From: an uncultured Gemmatimonadales bacterium
GTDB taxonomy: Bacteria; Gemmatimonadota; Gemmatimonadetes; Longimicrobiales; RSA9
NCBI GenBank assembly: GCA_963741945.1
Contig: CAVUKA010000005.1
Span: 224,001 to 288,000 of the forward strand
Reading direction: 5' to 3'
Length of the DNA stretch: 64,000 bases
The notes below the pieces were generated by a model. That model had not been told where the DNA came from. It was given only the letters and a program-made list of their open reading frames with translations, and searched no databases. Shown here one piece after another: positions 18,485 to 27,348 of this stretch. Numbering within the stretch: the first letter of the stretch is position 1; every line of letters starts with the position of its first letter. The position numbers were made by a program, and so were the translations under genes.

Positions 18485-19882
18485 ATGCGCACGCCCGTCC
18501 TGCTGCCCGCCCGCGAGTTCGCCTCGCTCATCCGCCTGGCGGTGCCCATCGTCACCGTCCAGGTGGGGCTCATGATGATGGGTGTGGTCGACACCATGAT
18601 GGTCGGCCGCGTCTCCGGAACGGCGCTCGCCGCCGTCGCCCTCGGCAACCTCTACTTCTTCGGCGTGGCGGTATTCGGGATGGGCGTGCTGTTCGCCCTC
18701 GATCCGGTGATCTCCCAGGCGGTGGGCGCCCGCGATGAGCCTGCCATCGCACGCGGGCTCCAGCGGGGGCTCGTGCTCGCCATCCTGCTCGCCCTCCTGT
18801 CCCTGGTCCCGCTGGCGCTGGCGCGCCCGGTGATGGTCCTGCTGCGCCAGCCCGAAGACGTGATCCCGCTGGCGACCGGCTATGTCGGCGCGGCCACTCC
18901 GGGCATCGTCGCCTTCTTCGGCTTCGTCGTGTTGCGGCAGACGCTCCAGTCCATGGACCGGGTGCGTCCGGTGGTCATCGCCATCGTGATGTCGAACCTG
19001 GTGAACGTGGCCCTGAACTGGACACTCGTCTTCGGCCATTTCGGGCTTCCCGCGCTCGGACCCGTCGGGACCGGGTGGGCGTCCACGATCAGCCGCTGGA
19101 CCATGTTTCTCGGGCTCGCCGCCCTCGCCTTCACCCGCCTCGGTCCGTATCTGAAGTCCGGCGGCCGGGAGATGCTGCGCCTGCGACCCCTCCTCCACAT
19201 GCTCCGGCTGGGCGCGCCGGTGGGCGCCCAGATGCAGCTCGAGGTGGGCGCGTTCGGAGCGGTGGCGCTCCTCATGGGGTGGCTCGGCACCGCGCAGATG
19301 GCCGGCCACCAGGTGGCCATCAATCTCGCTTCCCTCACGTTCATGGTCCCCCTCGGCATCGGGCAGGCGGGCTCCGTGCGCGTTGGACAGGCCGTGGGCC
19401 GGGGCGACAGCGCCGCTGCCCGCAACGCCGTCAAAGCCGCGCTCCTTGGCGGCGTGGCGTTCATGAGCTGCACCGCCGTGCTCTTCCTCACGTCGCCGGC
19501 CCTGCTCACGAACCTCTATACCGATGACCCGGCGGTCACTGCCGTGGCCCTCACCCTGATCCCGATCGCCGGCTTCTTCCAGGTCTTCGATGGGCTGCAG
19601 GTGGTGAGCGCCGGCGTGCTGCGGGGCGTGGGCGACACGACGGCGCCGTTCCTGGCCAATCTGGTCTCCTTCTGGATGCTCGGCCTCCCTGTCGGCGTGT
19701 ACCTGGCCTTCGCCACCAGCGCCGGGCCGAAGGGGCTCTGGTGGGGGCTCACACTGGGGCTCGCAGGCGTGGCCGTGTTCCTCGTGGCCCGGGTGCGCGT
19801 GCGGATGCGGCGCGAGCTGAGCCGACTCGTGATCGACCAGGACAGCGCGCCCCGCCGGCGCGTGGCCCCGGACGCCGCCTGA
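18485..19882 (+). CDS. MATE family efflux transporter (NorM-like)
   Basis: DTMMVGR, FMVPLGIG.A.SVRVG, FQVFDGLQ...GVLRG.GDT. Confidence 0.93.
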   Translation: MRTPVLLPAREFASLIRLAVPIVTVQVGLMMMGVVDTMMVGRVSGTALAAVALGNLYFFGVAVFGMGVLFALDPVISQAVGARDEPAIARGLQRGLVLAILLALLSLVPLALARPVMVLLRQPEDVIPLATGYVGAATPGIVAFFGFVVLRQTLQSMDRVRPVVIAIVMSNLVNVALNWTLVFGHFGLPALGPVGTGWASTISRWTMFLGLAALAFTRLGPYLKSGGREMLRLRPLLHMLRLGAPVGAQMQLEVGAFGAVALLMGWLGTAQMAGHQVAINLASLTFMVPLGIGQAGSVRVGQAVGRGDSAAARNAVKAALLGGVAFMSCTAVLFLTSPALLTNLYTDDPAVTAVALTLIPIAGFFQVFDGLQVVSAGVLRGVGDTTAPFLANLVSFWMLGLPVGVYLAFATSAGPKGLWWGLTLGLAGVAVFLVARVRVRMRRELSRLVIDQDSAPRRRVAPDAA

Positions 19883-20024
19883 CCGGCAGCGGACGGGGCT
19901 CGGCCGGGTCGAACCAGAGAGCGGGCACGCCCCCGACGCCGTGCTCGTGACCGTGCCCACGCGACCACGCCGCGGGTGATGGCGGGCTCTCCCGCCAGCG
20001 GTCCGCGCGCCCTACGTTCCGGCC

Positions 20025-20780
20025 ATGTTTCCGCTCTACGACGACAACCCGACCGACAGCTTCCCCTTCATCACGATCGCGCTCATCGCGATCAACGTCC
20101 TGGTGTGGGTGACGATCCAGGGTGCGGGATTCGACGCGACGGCCCTCCGGGACTCCGTATGCGCGTTCGGGGCCGTTCCCGCGGAGATCACCGGTGGCTT
20201 CTCACCGCTGCCGCATGGCATGCACGTCCTCCGCTGCCCGCCGGGCGGCCTGCGCTGGGGCACCGTGTTCACCAGCATGTTCCTGCACGGCGGATGGCTG
20301 CACCTGCTGGGCAACATGTGGTTCCTGTGGATTTTCGGGAACAACATCGAGGACAGCACGGGGCACGTGAGATTCCTGCTCTTCTACCTGATCACGGGGA
20401 CCATCGCGTCGATCGCCCACATCTACAGCAGCCCCGGCTCGCCGATCCCGACGGTGGGCGCATCAGGGGCGATCAGCGGCGTGATGGGCGCGTATCTCCT
20501 GCTCTACCCGCGCGTGCGGATCCACACACTCTTCATCATCATCATCTTCATCCGGGTGATACCGATCCCCGCCTGGCTCGTTCTGGGTGAGTGGTTCGCC
20601 ATCCAGGTGCTGGCGGGGACGGCGGCCGCCTCCGCCACGGCGGGCGTGGCCTTCTTCGCCCACATCGGCGGGTTCGTCGCGGGGGTGGCGCTGATCAAGG
20701 CATTCGAGAATCGGGGCCGCGTGGCCGCGAAGCGGTCGCGGACGCGCCTGCGGCCCCGTGAGGCCGAAGCCGGCTGGTGA
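20025..20780 (+). CDS. Rhomboid intramembrane serine protease
   Basis: SMFLHGGWLHLLGNM, GASGAISG, AHIGGF. Confidence 0.95.
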   Translation: MFPLYDDNPTDSFPFITIALIAINVLVWVTIQGAGFDATALRDSVCAFGAVPAEITGGFSPLPHGMHVLRCPPGGLRWGTVFTSMFLHGGWLHLLGNMWFLWIFGNNIEDSTGHVRFLLFYLITGTIASIAHIYSSPGSPIPTVGASGAISGVMGAYLLLYPRVRIHTLFIIIIFIRVIPIPAWLVLGEWFAIQVLAGTAAASATAGVAFFAHIGGFVAGVALIKAFENRGRVAAKRSRTRLRPREAEAGW

Positions 20781-20793
20781 ACGGACGGGCCGT

Positions 20794-22581
20794 CTAGAAC
20801 CCCACGGCGGCAGCGTCGGGGTCACGGGGGTCCGGGGCGCCCAGCCGCGCGCCGTCGGGCGCGATCTCGATGGCATGCACCGTTCCCTGCGTCCCGCCGA
20901 CTTCCAGTGAGTAGCCGCGTGCCTCGAGCTCGGCCAGGACGGTGTCGCCCCATGGCGCCCATTCCATCTGGATCCTGTCGGGCAGCCACTGCTCGTGGAT
21001 CCGCGGCGCCTCCACCGCGTCGAGCACGCCCATGCGGAAATCGACCAGGTTCAGCACCACCTGGAGCACCGAGTTGATGATGGTGCGGCCGCCCGGCGTC
21101 CCTACCACTGCGAAGAGGCTCCCGTCCGGACGCGTCAGGATGGTGGGCGCCATGCTGGACAGCATGCGCTTTCCGGGCGCGGCCAGGTTCGGCCGGGTCC
21201 CGATGAGCCCCGTGCGCGTGGTGAGGCCGGGCGCGCCGTTGAAGTCTCCCATCTCGTTGTTCAGGAGGAACCCGGCGCCCGGAACAACGATGCGGGAGCC
21301 GTAGCTGTACTCCAGCGTGTAGGTGGTGGACACCGCCATGCCGTCCCCATCCACCACGGAGTAGTGCGTCGTCTCCTTGCTCTCCCGATCCTCGACGACA
21401 TCCGCCACGGCCGACTCCGAAGCCGCGTACCCGTCGATCCCCGCGCGCTGCTCCTCCGCGTACGCCTTGCTCGTCAGCCGCTCCAGCGGCATGTCCGTGA
21501 AGTCGGGGTCACCCAGATAGCGTGCCCGATCGCGGTACCCGCGGCGCATGGACTCCGCCAGGTAGTGGAGGTAGGCAGGCCCGTTGTGGGGGAGGGCCGC
21601 CAGGTCGTAGCCCTCCAGGATGTTCAGCATCTCGACGAGCGCCACGCCGCCACTGGACGGAGGCGGCATCCCGATGACGCCGTAGCCCCGGTACGTCCCC
21701 ATCACGGGGCGTCGCTCGACGGGGCGGTAGTCGGCGAGGTCCTCCATGGTGATCAGGCCGCCGCCCCGCTCCATCTCCACGGCGATCAGCCTCGCGGTCT
21801 CCCCGCGATAGAAGCCGGCCGCCCCATGTTCCCTGATTCGCTCCAGCGTGCGGGCCAGCTCCGGCTGCCGCAGTACCTGACCGGGCTCGTAGGGGCGTCC
21901 TCCATTGGAATACGCGGCCATGCTGGCCGGGTACTTCGCCATTTCCGGCAGCACGGCCGCCAGTGACCTCGCCAGCCCGGGCGTCACTTCGAACCCGTCG
22001 CGCGCCAGCCGGATCGCCGGCTCCACGAGCCGCGCCCAGGGGAGCCGCCCATAAAGGCCGTGCACGTAGGCGAAGCCGGCCACCGTGCCGGGCACACCCA
22101 CCGCACGGTAGCTCATGTGGTGAAGCGCGCGGTCGTATTCCCCCGCCGAGTCCAGCCACATCCCCGCCGTGGCCGCCGCCGGGGCGCGCTCCCGGAAGTC
22201 CACCGTCGTGGCCCGGCCATCCGGGAGCCGAAGCACCATGAAGCCGCCGCCCCCGATGTTCCCCGCCCTCGGGTAGACAACCGCCAGCGCGAGCCCGGTC
22301 GCCACTGCCGCATCCACGGCGTTGCCGCCCTCACGCAGGATCTCCGCACCCACTTCGCCGGCCAGGACATGGGCCGACACCACCATCCCGGAGTCGGCCC
22401 GTGCAGGCGACGAGGCGGGCGCCCGCACTTCGGCCGCGAAAGGCGCCGGGCGTACCGCCGCCGACCGGGCAGCATCCGCCGTCGACGGACGCGACGGGGG
22501 CGACGCCGTCGGCGCGCACGCCGCAGAGAGGCCCGCAAGGAAGAGGGCGACGGACCGCGCCGTCGCGCGAAATGGCTTCAT
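20794..22581 (-). CDS. ggt: Gamma-glutamyltransferase (lipoprotein)
   Basis: GGNAVDAAVA, DFRERAP, ETTHYS, LNNEM.DF, KRMLSSM.PT, GTPGG; lipobox-like LSAAC. Confidence 0.96.
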   Translation of the reverse strand: MKPFRATARSVALFLAGLSAACAPTASPPSRPSTADAARSAAVRPAPFAAEVRAPASSPARADSGMVVSAHVLAGEVGAEILREGGNAVDAAVATGLALAVVYPRAGNIGGGGFMVLRLPDGRATTVDFRERAPAAATAGMWLDSAGEYDRALHHMSYRAVGVPGTVAGFAYVHGLYGRLPWARLVEPAIRLARDGFEVTPGLARSLAAVLPEMAKYPASMAAYSNGGRPYEPGQVLRQPELARTLERIREHGAAGFYRGETARLIAVEMERGGGLITMEDLADYRPVERRPVMGTYRGYGVIGMPPPSSGGVALVEMLNILEGYDLAALPHNGPAYLHYLAESMRRGYRDRARYLGDPDFTDMPLERLTSKAYAEEQRAGIDGYAASESAVADVVEDRESKETTHYSVVDGDGMAVSTTYTLEYSYGSRIVVPGAGFLLNNEMGDFNGAPGLTTRTGLIGTRPNLAAPGKRMLSSMAPTILTRPDGSLFAVVGTPGGRTIINSVLQVVLNLVDFRMGVLDAVEAPRIHEQWLPDRIQMEWAPWGDTVLAELEARGYSLEVGGTQGTVHAIEIAPDGARLGAPDPRDPDAAAVGF

Positions 22582-22659
22582 GGCATCCTCACACCCGCTG
22601 CATGATCACGTCGATCCCGGCACCAGCGCGTCCCGCTGCTCCAGCGCACCGGCGCGCGG

Positions 22660-23037
22660 TCAGTCCCGCTTCATGGTCACATCGATGGCACCGTACACGT
22701 TCCCCACGCCGAACCGGTACTGCGCCTGGGCGGCAGAGTAGTAGTGGACTTCCTCGACGTTCATGGGCGTGATCCGGGAGAGCACATCGGGTCCGCCGGC
22801 ACGGGTGCCGTTGACGTAGATGACGATCTCCGGCTCGTGCGTGAAGCTCGTGCTGCCGCGGTACCGCAGCCAGTGCGGCCGGACGGACTGGACGAAGTCG
22901 AGGAGATTGGTCTGGCTGGCGTCGGCGAGCTCCGCTTCCGTGATGACGTCTGAGCCGCCGCGTGTCCCCGTCCCGGCGGAGGCGCAAGCGCTCAACGACC
23001 CGACCAGCAGAAGGACGAGCGCGGCACGGATGATCAT
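22660..23037 (-). CDS. Small lipoprotein with a stand-alone TonB-plug-like domain
   Basis: Lipobox LSAC; DVIT..EL, VIYVNG, I...V.E..Y......A...FG.....GAI.V.. pattern resembles the end of a plug domain. Confidence 0.6.
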   Translation of the reverse strand: MIIRAALVLLLVGSLSACASAGTGTRGGSDVITEAELADASQTNLLDFVQSVRPHWLRYRGSTSFTHEPEIVIYVNGTRAGGPDVLSRITPMNVEEVHYYSAAQAQYRFGVGNVYGAIDVTMKRD

Positions 23038-23039
23038 GG

Positions 23040-23819
23040 TCAGTCTCCTGTGTCCCGGTCCACCACGTATGCGTTCCTCTGCGCAGTCGGCAGCAGAACC
23101 ATGCGCAGCACGTTGGCGTGCGGAGGGAGGTTGGCGGCGTAGAACACGGCATCCGCCACGTCGTCGCCCCTGAGCGGCTGGAAACCCTGGTAGACGCCGG
23201 CCGCCCGCGCCTCGTCCCCGTGGAAGCGGACCGTGGAGAATTCCGTCTCCACGAAGCCCGGGTCCACGCTGGACACGCGCAACGGGGTCCCGGAGAGGTC
23301 GAGGTTGATGGCTTCCGTCAGGGCGGTCACACCGAACTTGCTGGCGTTGTAGACGTTCCCGCGCGGATACACCTGATGCCCCGCGGTGCTGCCGATGTTG
23401 ATGACGTGGCCCCGTCCGGCCTCGATCATCGCCGGCAGCAGGAGCCGCGTCACGTTCAGCAGCCCCTTGACGTTCGTGTCGATCATCCGGTCCCAGTCAT
23501 CGAAGCTCCCTTCCTGGATCCGGTCGAGCCCGGCGGCGAGCCCCGCGTTGTTCACCAGCACGTGGGGCGGCCCCGCCGCTTCGAGCAGCGCGTCCACGGC
23601 GGCACGGACGGACTCGCGATCCCGGACGTCCACCGCCGCGGTGTGAACGGCCACACCGTGCTCCCGGGCCAGCTCTTCGGCCAGGCGGTCGAGCCGCTCC
23701 GCTCGCCGGGCCCACAGTGCCACGTCTGCGCCCTCCGCCGCGAACCGGCGGGCGCACGCTTCTCCGATGCCTGAGCTCGCGCCCGTGATGAGCACGAGCT
23801 TCCCCTGGATTCTGTTCAT
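23040..23819 (-). CDS. SDR oxidoreductase (YdfG-like, NADP-dependent)
   Basis: TGASSGIG, NNAG, Y.ASK, PG.VETEFS.VRF.GD. Confidence 0.93.
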   Translation of the reverse strand: MNRIQGKLVLITGASSGIGEACARRFAAEGADVALWARRAERLDRLAEELAREHGVAVHTAAVDVRDRESVRAAVDALLEAAGPPHVLVNNAGLAAGLDRIQEGSFDDWDRMIDTNVKGLLNVTRLLLPAMIEAGRGHVINIGSTAGHQVYPRGNVYNASKFGVTALTEAINLDLSGTPLRVSSVDPGFVETEFSTVRFHGDEARAAGVYQGFQPLRGDDVADAVFYAANLPPHANVLRMVLLPTAQRNAYVVDRDTGD

Positions 23820-23860
23820 GGCATGAAGGTCCGGCGCCGTCAGGAGCCTGTCAACTCCCG

Positions 23861-24763
23861 TCAACGATGGACGGTCGGTGACTCCTCGATCCCGGTATCT
23901 TCACGCCGGCAGTCGCGCAGGGGGAGCGCGCGCCGGGGATCGCGGGCCCGCGCCTCGATCCGCGCCACCACGCTGTCGCGCATGGCCACGAACCGGCGGG
24001 CGAGCCGGGGCTCGAGGAGGCCGGCCACGGCGGCCTCCAGGGAGTCGTCCGGCAGGGTGCGGTACCGGTCGAACGGGGGCCCCAGCGCGCCCGGGCGCTC
24101 GATGGAGTCCACTTCCGTCTCCCAGCACGACATCGGCTGTCTCGCGGGCGAGTAGTCGAACGCCCGGTTGTGGTCGATGGCCACGGCGTGTCCGCCCGGG
24201 GCCACGAGCCAGTTGCCGCCATGGCGGTCACTGTTCCCGATCGCCGCATCGAAGAACCGCAGCAGGTCCGGCTTCCGCTCCCCTCGCTCCGCCGGCGTCG
24301 TCGCGCCGCGAATGAAGTACATGGCCGAGCCAGCCATGGTGTCGCCGCCCGCCACGATGCGCTGCAGCACGGTCATGGGGGTGAGATCGATTCCGAGCAG
24401 CCGATCCACGCGATAGGCGGCCACTTCCCGGTTCGCGCCGCAGGGGCGGCAGAAGATGTCCGAGCCATCCACTTTGAAGATCGACTCGACACCTCCCGGA
24501 TGGGTGAGCCGGAACGTATAGGAAACGCCCTGGCTGTCGAGGGAGAGCGGGTTCGCGCGCTCGGGCGGGGCCACCAGCAGCGCCCGGAGCGCCCGCAGGA
24601 TGGAGTCGGCGCGCACGGTGTCGCCCGCGGCGCGGGCAGCCCAGGCCGCCTCCTGGTAGCGCCCGGCGGCGAGCAGCGAGTCGGCGCTGGCGACGCGCTG
24701 CGCGGATGCGGGGAGAGGGAGAGCGGCCCCGAGGACCAGCAGCGTAGCTGCACGCAGGTACAT
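23861..24763 (-). CDS. Exported atypical kinase-fold protein (FAM20/PI4K-II-like)
   Basis: Signal peptide ending ASA|Q; IFK, REVAAYRVDRLLG, FDAAIGNSDRHGGNWL, IDHNRAF. Confidence 0.7.
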   Translation of the reverse strand: MYLRAATLLVLGAALPLPASAQRVASADSLLAAGRYQEAAWAARAAGDTVRADSILRALRALLVAPPERANPLSLDSQGVSYTFRLTHPGGVESIFKVDGSDIFCRPCGANREVAAYRVDRLLGIDLTPMTVLQRIVAGGDTMAGSAMYFIRGATTPAERGERKPDLLRFFDAAIGNSDRHGGNWLVAPGGHAVAIDHNRAFDYSPARQPMSCWETEVDSIERPGALGPPFDRYRTLPDDSLEAAVAGLLEPRLARRFVAMRDSVVARIEARARDPRRALPLRDCRREDTGIEESPTVHR

Positions 24764-24883
24764 GGCCAGTCGATCTCCCGGGGAAATGGACGCCCGCATT
24801 CCGAGGCCACCATCGGAATGGCGCACTTCAACATGCGTCATCATCGGCTCCCGGTCGAGCGACCGCCCGCGGGCAGCGCGCCG

Positions 24884-25261
24884 TTACGGACCCGTGTAGC
24901 AGCCGGGCTCTTCCCGCACCACCCTCCTGCCGCTCACCCGGCCCGACTGCACGCAGGACAGCCCCACGGGATGTCGGGCCACTGCCTCCCAGCTGTCCGC
25001 GTCTCCCGTCACGACCAGATCGACGCTGTCCGCGGGCTCCAGTCTCAGCGCACTCAGCTCACCGGTGAACCTCCCGGTCGTGGCGTGATACGCTTCTTCG
25101 GCTCCGGCCACGCGCTGCAGGGTTCCCAGCACCTTGCCATGGGGAGTCTCATCCCCGTAGCCACTCCCGAACAGCACGCTGGCGGCTGCGCTCACCGCAA
25201 CCACACCCACCACCATCAGGATCAGCAGGCTCGCCGGACTCTTCCGTGCGGCCCTGCCCAT
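24884..25261 (-). CDS. Hypothetical pilin-like single-TM protein
   Basis: N-terminal hydrophobic helix, then L..V..AEEAY....GRF and a C-terminal Cys pair; no clear prepilin cleavage site. Confidence 0.5.
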   Translation of the reverse strand: MGRAARKSPASLLILMVVGVVAVSAAASVLFGSGYGDETPHGKVLGTLQRVAGAEEAYHATTGRFTGELSALRLEPADSVDLVVTGDADSWEAVARHPVGLSCVQSGRVSGRRVVREEPGCYTGP

Positions 25262-25368
25262 GGCCCCGTTCCCGTGCCGGCGCTCCGGCTCCCAACGATC
25301 TGACACTGCTCCCTCCTTCGCGCGGTCTCCGGCTTCAACCCCTCTTCAAGACTCGCGCCGGTGGGGAG

Positions 25369-25632
25369 CTACCGAGCCACCTGCTTCTTCGCCCAGCGAC
25401 GATAGAGCCAGAGCAGCAGCAGGGCGCCGAGGATGGAGCCGATCCATCCGGCGGGCGTCAGCGTCGAGCGGCCGGGCCAGATCAGGCCGATGATGAACCC
25501 GCCCACCACCGAGCCGAGTATCCCGAGCGCGATCGTGGCCAGGCAGCCACCCGGGTCCTTGCCCGGCATGATGAGCTTCGCGATCGCGCCCACCACCGCG
25601 CCGAAGAGGATCCACCACAGCAGCGTGAACAT
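25369..25632 (-). CDS. GlsB/YeaQ/YmgE (transglycosylase-associated) small membrane protein
   Basis: WILFG.VVG.IAK.IMPG..PGG...TI.LGI.GS.VGG ... SILGALLLL. Confidence 0.92.
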   Translation of the reverse strand: MFTLLWWILFGAVVGAIAKLIMPGKDPGGCLATIALGILGSVVGGFIIGLIWPGRSTLTPAGWIGSILGALLLLWLYRRWAKKQVAR

Positions 25633-25731
25633 TGCGTCACCGTCCCATGGAGATTGATCGGATGAACGTCCGCTCTCCTGGTACGCAAGATGTGGACGCG
25701 GTCGGATCCGGAAAAGGCGGGAGTGACGGTG

Positions 25732-25846
25732 AAAAAGCGCGCGAGGGTCAGCCGATCGGGTGAAGCCGTCCGCCCGAACCCCCTGAACCGGCGGCTAGCG
25801 TTCGACCCTCTCGGCTGCCCTCGCGTGACTGCAAAGCGGTCTTCTA
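25732..25846 (-). ncRNA. Candidate structured small RNA or leader (long interrupted hairpin plus U-tract)
   Basis: Nested stems across 25740-25825, a T5 run right after on the minus strand, an upstream promoter-like motif, no credible ORF. Confidence 0.45.
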
Positions 25847-25851
25847 CTCTC

Positions 25852-25880
25852 TAGATGCCGGTCGGCCCGAAAACCTTACA
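25852..25880 (-). promoter_or_regulatory. Putative ECF-sigma-type promoter TGTAAG-N16-GCATCTA
   Basis: Spacing and composition resemble ECF promoters (TG.AA. / C.TCTA); lies between a terminator and the hairpin RNA. Confidence 0.35.
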
Positions 25881-25899
25881 GCGATCTCGCCAGTCACGG

Positions 25900-25933
25900 A
25901 AACGGCCCCCGGGGCATTGCCCCGGAGGCCGTC
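25900..25933 (-). terminator. Intrinsic terminator of the DEAD-CSD gene
   Basis: Minus strand ACGGCCTCCGGGGCA-A-TGCCCCGGGGGCCGT followed by a short T run, about 40 nt after the stop. Confidence 0.7.
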
Positions 25934-25969
25934 GTTCCACCCCCGCGCGAGCCGCGCGCGGCCGGAGCG

Positions 25970-27028
25970 TCAGAGAGGCTGGACCTCCCTCGCTTCCGGG
26001 CTCTTCTCCGTCGGCACGCGGCGGAAGCGGACCCGCTGGCCATCGTCCAGCGACTTGAAGCCGTCGCCCAGGATGTTGGAATGATGGACGAACACGTCCT
26101 CGCCGCCGTCGTCCGGCTCGATGAAGCCGAAGCCCTTGCTGTTGCTAAACCAGCGGACCGTGCCCGTGATCTCGCCGTCCCCGCCGGCGGCGGCGACGCC
26201 GGCGACCACGCGCTCCGGGCTCTCGAACGCGGGCTGCCCCGGGCGCCGCGACGGCGGGAGCGGGGCAGCCGCCACCTCCACGCGCATCGGGTCGGTCATG
26301 ACGGTGCGCGCCAGGTCCTGCGCTTCGGCGGAGAGCGTACGTCCCACGAAGATCACCTGGCAGTCGTCGGGAGTCAGCTCCGCGATCCGCTGGATCTCCC
26401 CGTGCTTGCCGCGCTGGAGCAGCGCATCCACCGGATCGAAAGCGAGCACCTCTACCTGCCCGAGTCGGACGTTCCCCGCCTCGACGTGCTCGAGCAGTCG
26501 GTCGGGCGTGGCCACCAGGATGTCGAAGCCGGCCCTCAGGTCGCGGACCTGGTCCACCGCCGGCTCGCCACCGTGGATCTCGCCCACCCACAGGTCGGTC
26601 TCCCGGGCCAGGGCGCTGACCTGACTCCCGATTTCCCGGACCATGTCCTCCGTCGGCGCTACGACGAGCGTGAACAGCCCCTCGCGGTGCAGCTGGCGCT
26701 CCAGTGCCGGAACCACGTACGCCCCCGTCTTCCCCGACCCCGCCGGGGCGCTCAGAAGGATGTCCCGCCGACTGGAGAGAACGTCCGCCATGCGGGCCTG
26801 CGCCGGGCGAGGCTCCTCCCACCCCATGGCATCCAGCCCGCGCCGGAGCTCATCGTGCTCCACCAGGTCCGCGAACGTTTCCGCCTCTGCCCGCCCCGGG
26901 ACCGCCCCGGCACCGGGAGCTGCGGCGGGACGCCCCCGCCGCCGGAGGAAGACGACCGCGACCCATATCACCATGAGCACGACTGCCACTACGAGGACCG
27001 TCGTCCAGAAACCGTTGATTCCGTTCAT
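25970..27028 (-). CDS. N-terminal TM + degenerate DEAD-box RecA1 domain + cold-shock domain fusion
   Basis: [24 protein letters not shown] followed by [32 protein letters not shown]-terminal [22 protein letters not shown]. Confidence 0.85.
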   Translation of the reverse strand: MNGINGFWTTVLVVAVVLMVIWVAVVFLRRRGRPAAAPGAGAVPGRAEAETFADLVEHDELRRGLDAMGWEEPRPAQARMADVLSSRRDILLSAPAGSGKTGAYVVPALERQLHREGLFTLVVAPTEDMVREIGSQVSALARETDLWVGEIHGGEPAVDQVRDLRAGFDILVATPDRLLEHVEAGNVRLGQVEVLAFDPVDALLQRGKHGEIQRIAELTPDDCQVIFVGRTLSAEAQDLARTVMTDPMRVEVAAAPLPPSRRPGQPAFESPERVVAGVAAAGGDGEITGTVRWFSNSKGFGFIEPDDGGEDVFVHHSNILGDGFKSLDDGQRVRFRRVPTEKSPEAREVQPL

Positions 27029-27144
27029 GTTCTCAACTTCCGCGGCGTGCGCCGCAATTGTCAAGCGAACCCCTACGTGCACCGTTTCTTGCAAGAGCGC
27101 CGAACCGGATCGAGACCGTCCACCAGCAGGGGAGGCGTGCGCCC

Positions 27145-27348
27145 ATGGCACTCGGACCGATGACCCGGAAATGGCTGATCGTCGTCATCGTAGCGGTGGT
27201 CGTGCTCGTCGTGGCCGGCCTGATCTATATCGCCTTCGCCTACGAGGGCGTGCGCCCGGAGGTCGGGCGCGGCGATTCGGATCAGGTCAGTACCATTGCG
27301 CCGCCAGCCCATTCACTCCCGCAGCCCACCCGCTTCCATCGCGGCTGA
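27145..27348 (+). CDS. Small single-TM hypothetical protein
   Basis: GGAGG RBS upstream; strong hydrophobic helix [22 protein letters not shown]; 3' end overlaps the convergent gene. Confidence 0.5.
   Translation: MALGPMTRKWLIVVIVAVVVLVVAGLIYIAFAYEGVRPEVGRGDSDQVSTIAPPAHSLPQPTRFHRG

Noticed and set aside
25740-25825. Hairpin as SRP RNA, 6S RNA or tRNA-Sec
   Set aside because: It lacks the SRP helix-8 GGAA/CAGG-AGCA motif, is too short for 6S with no central bubble, and forms no cloverleaf; kept as an unknown RNA candidate
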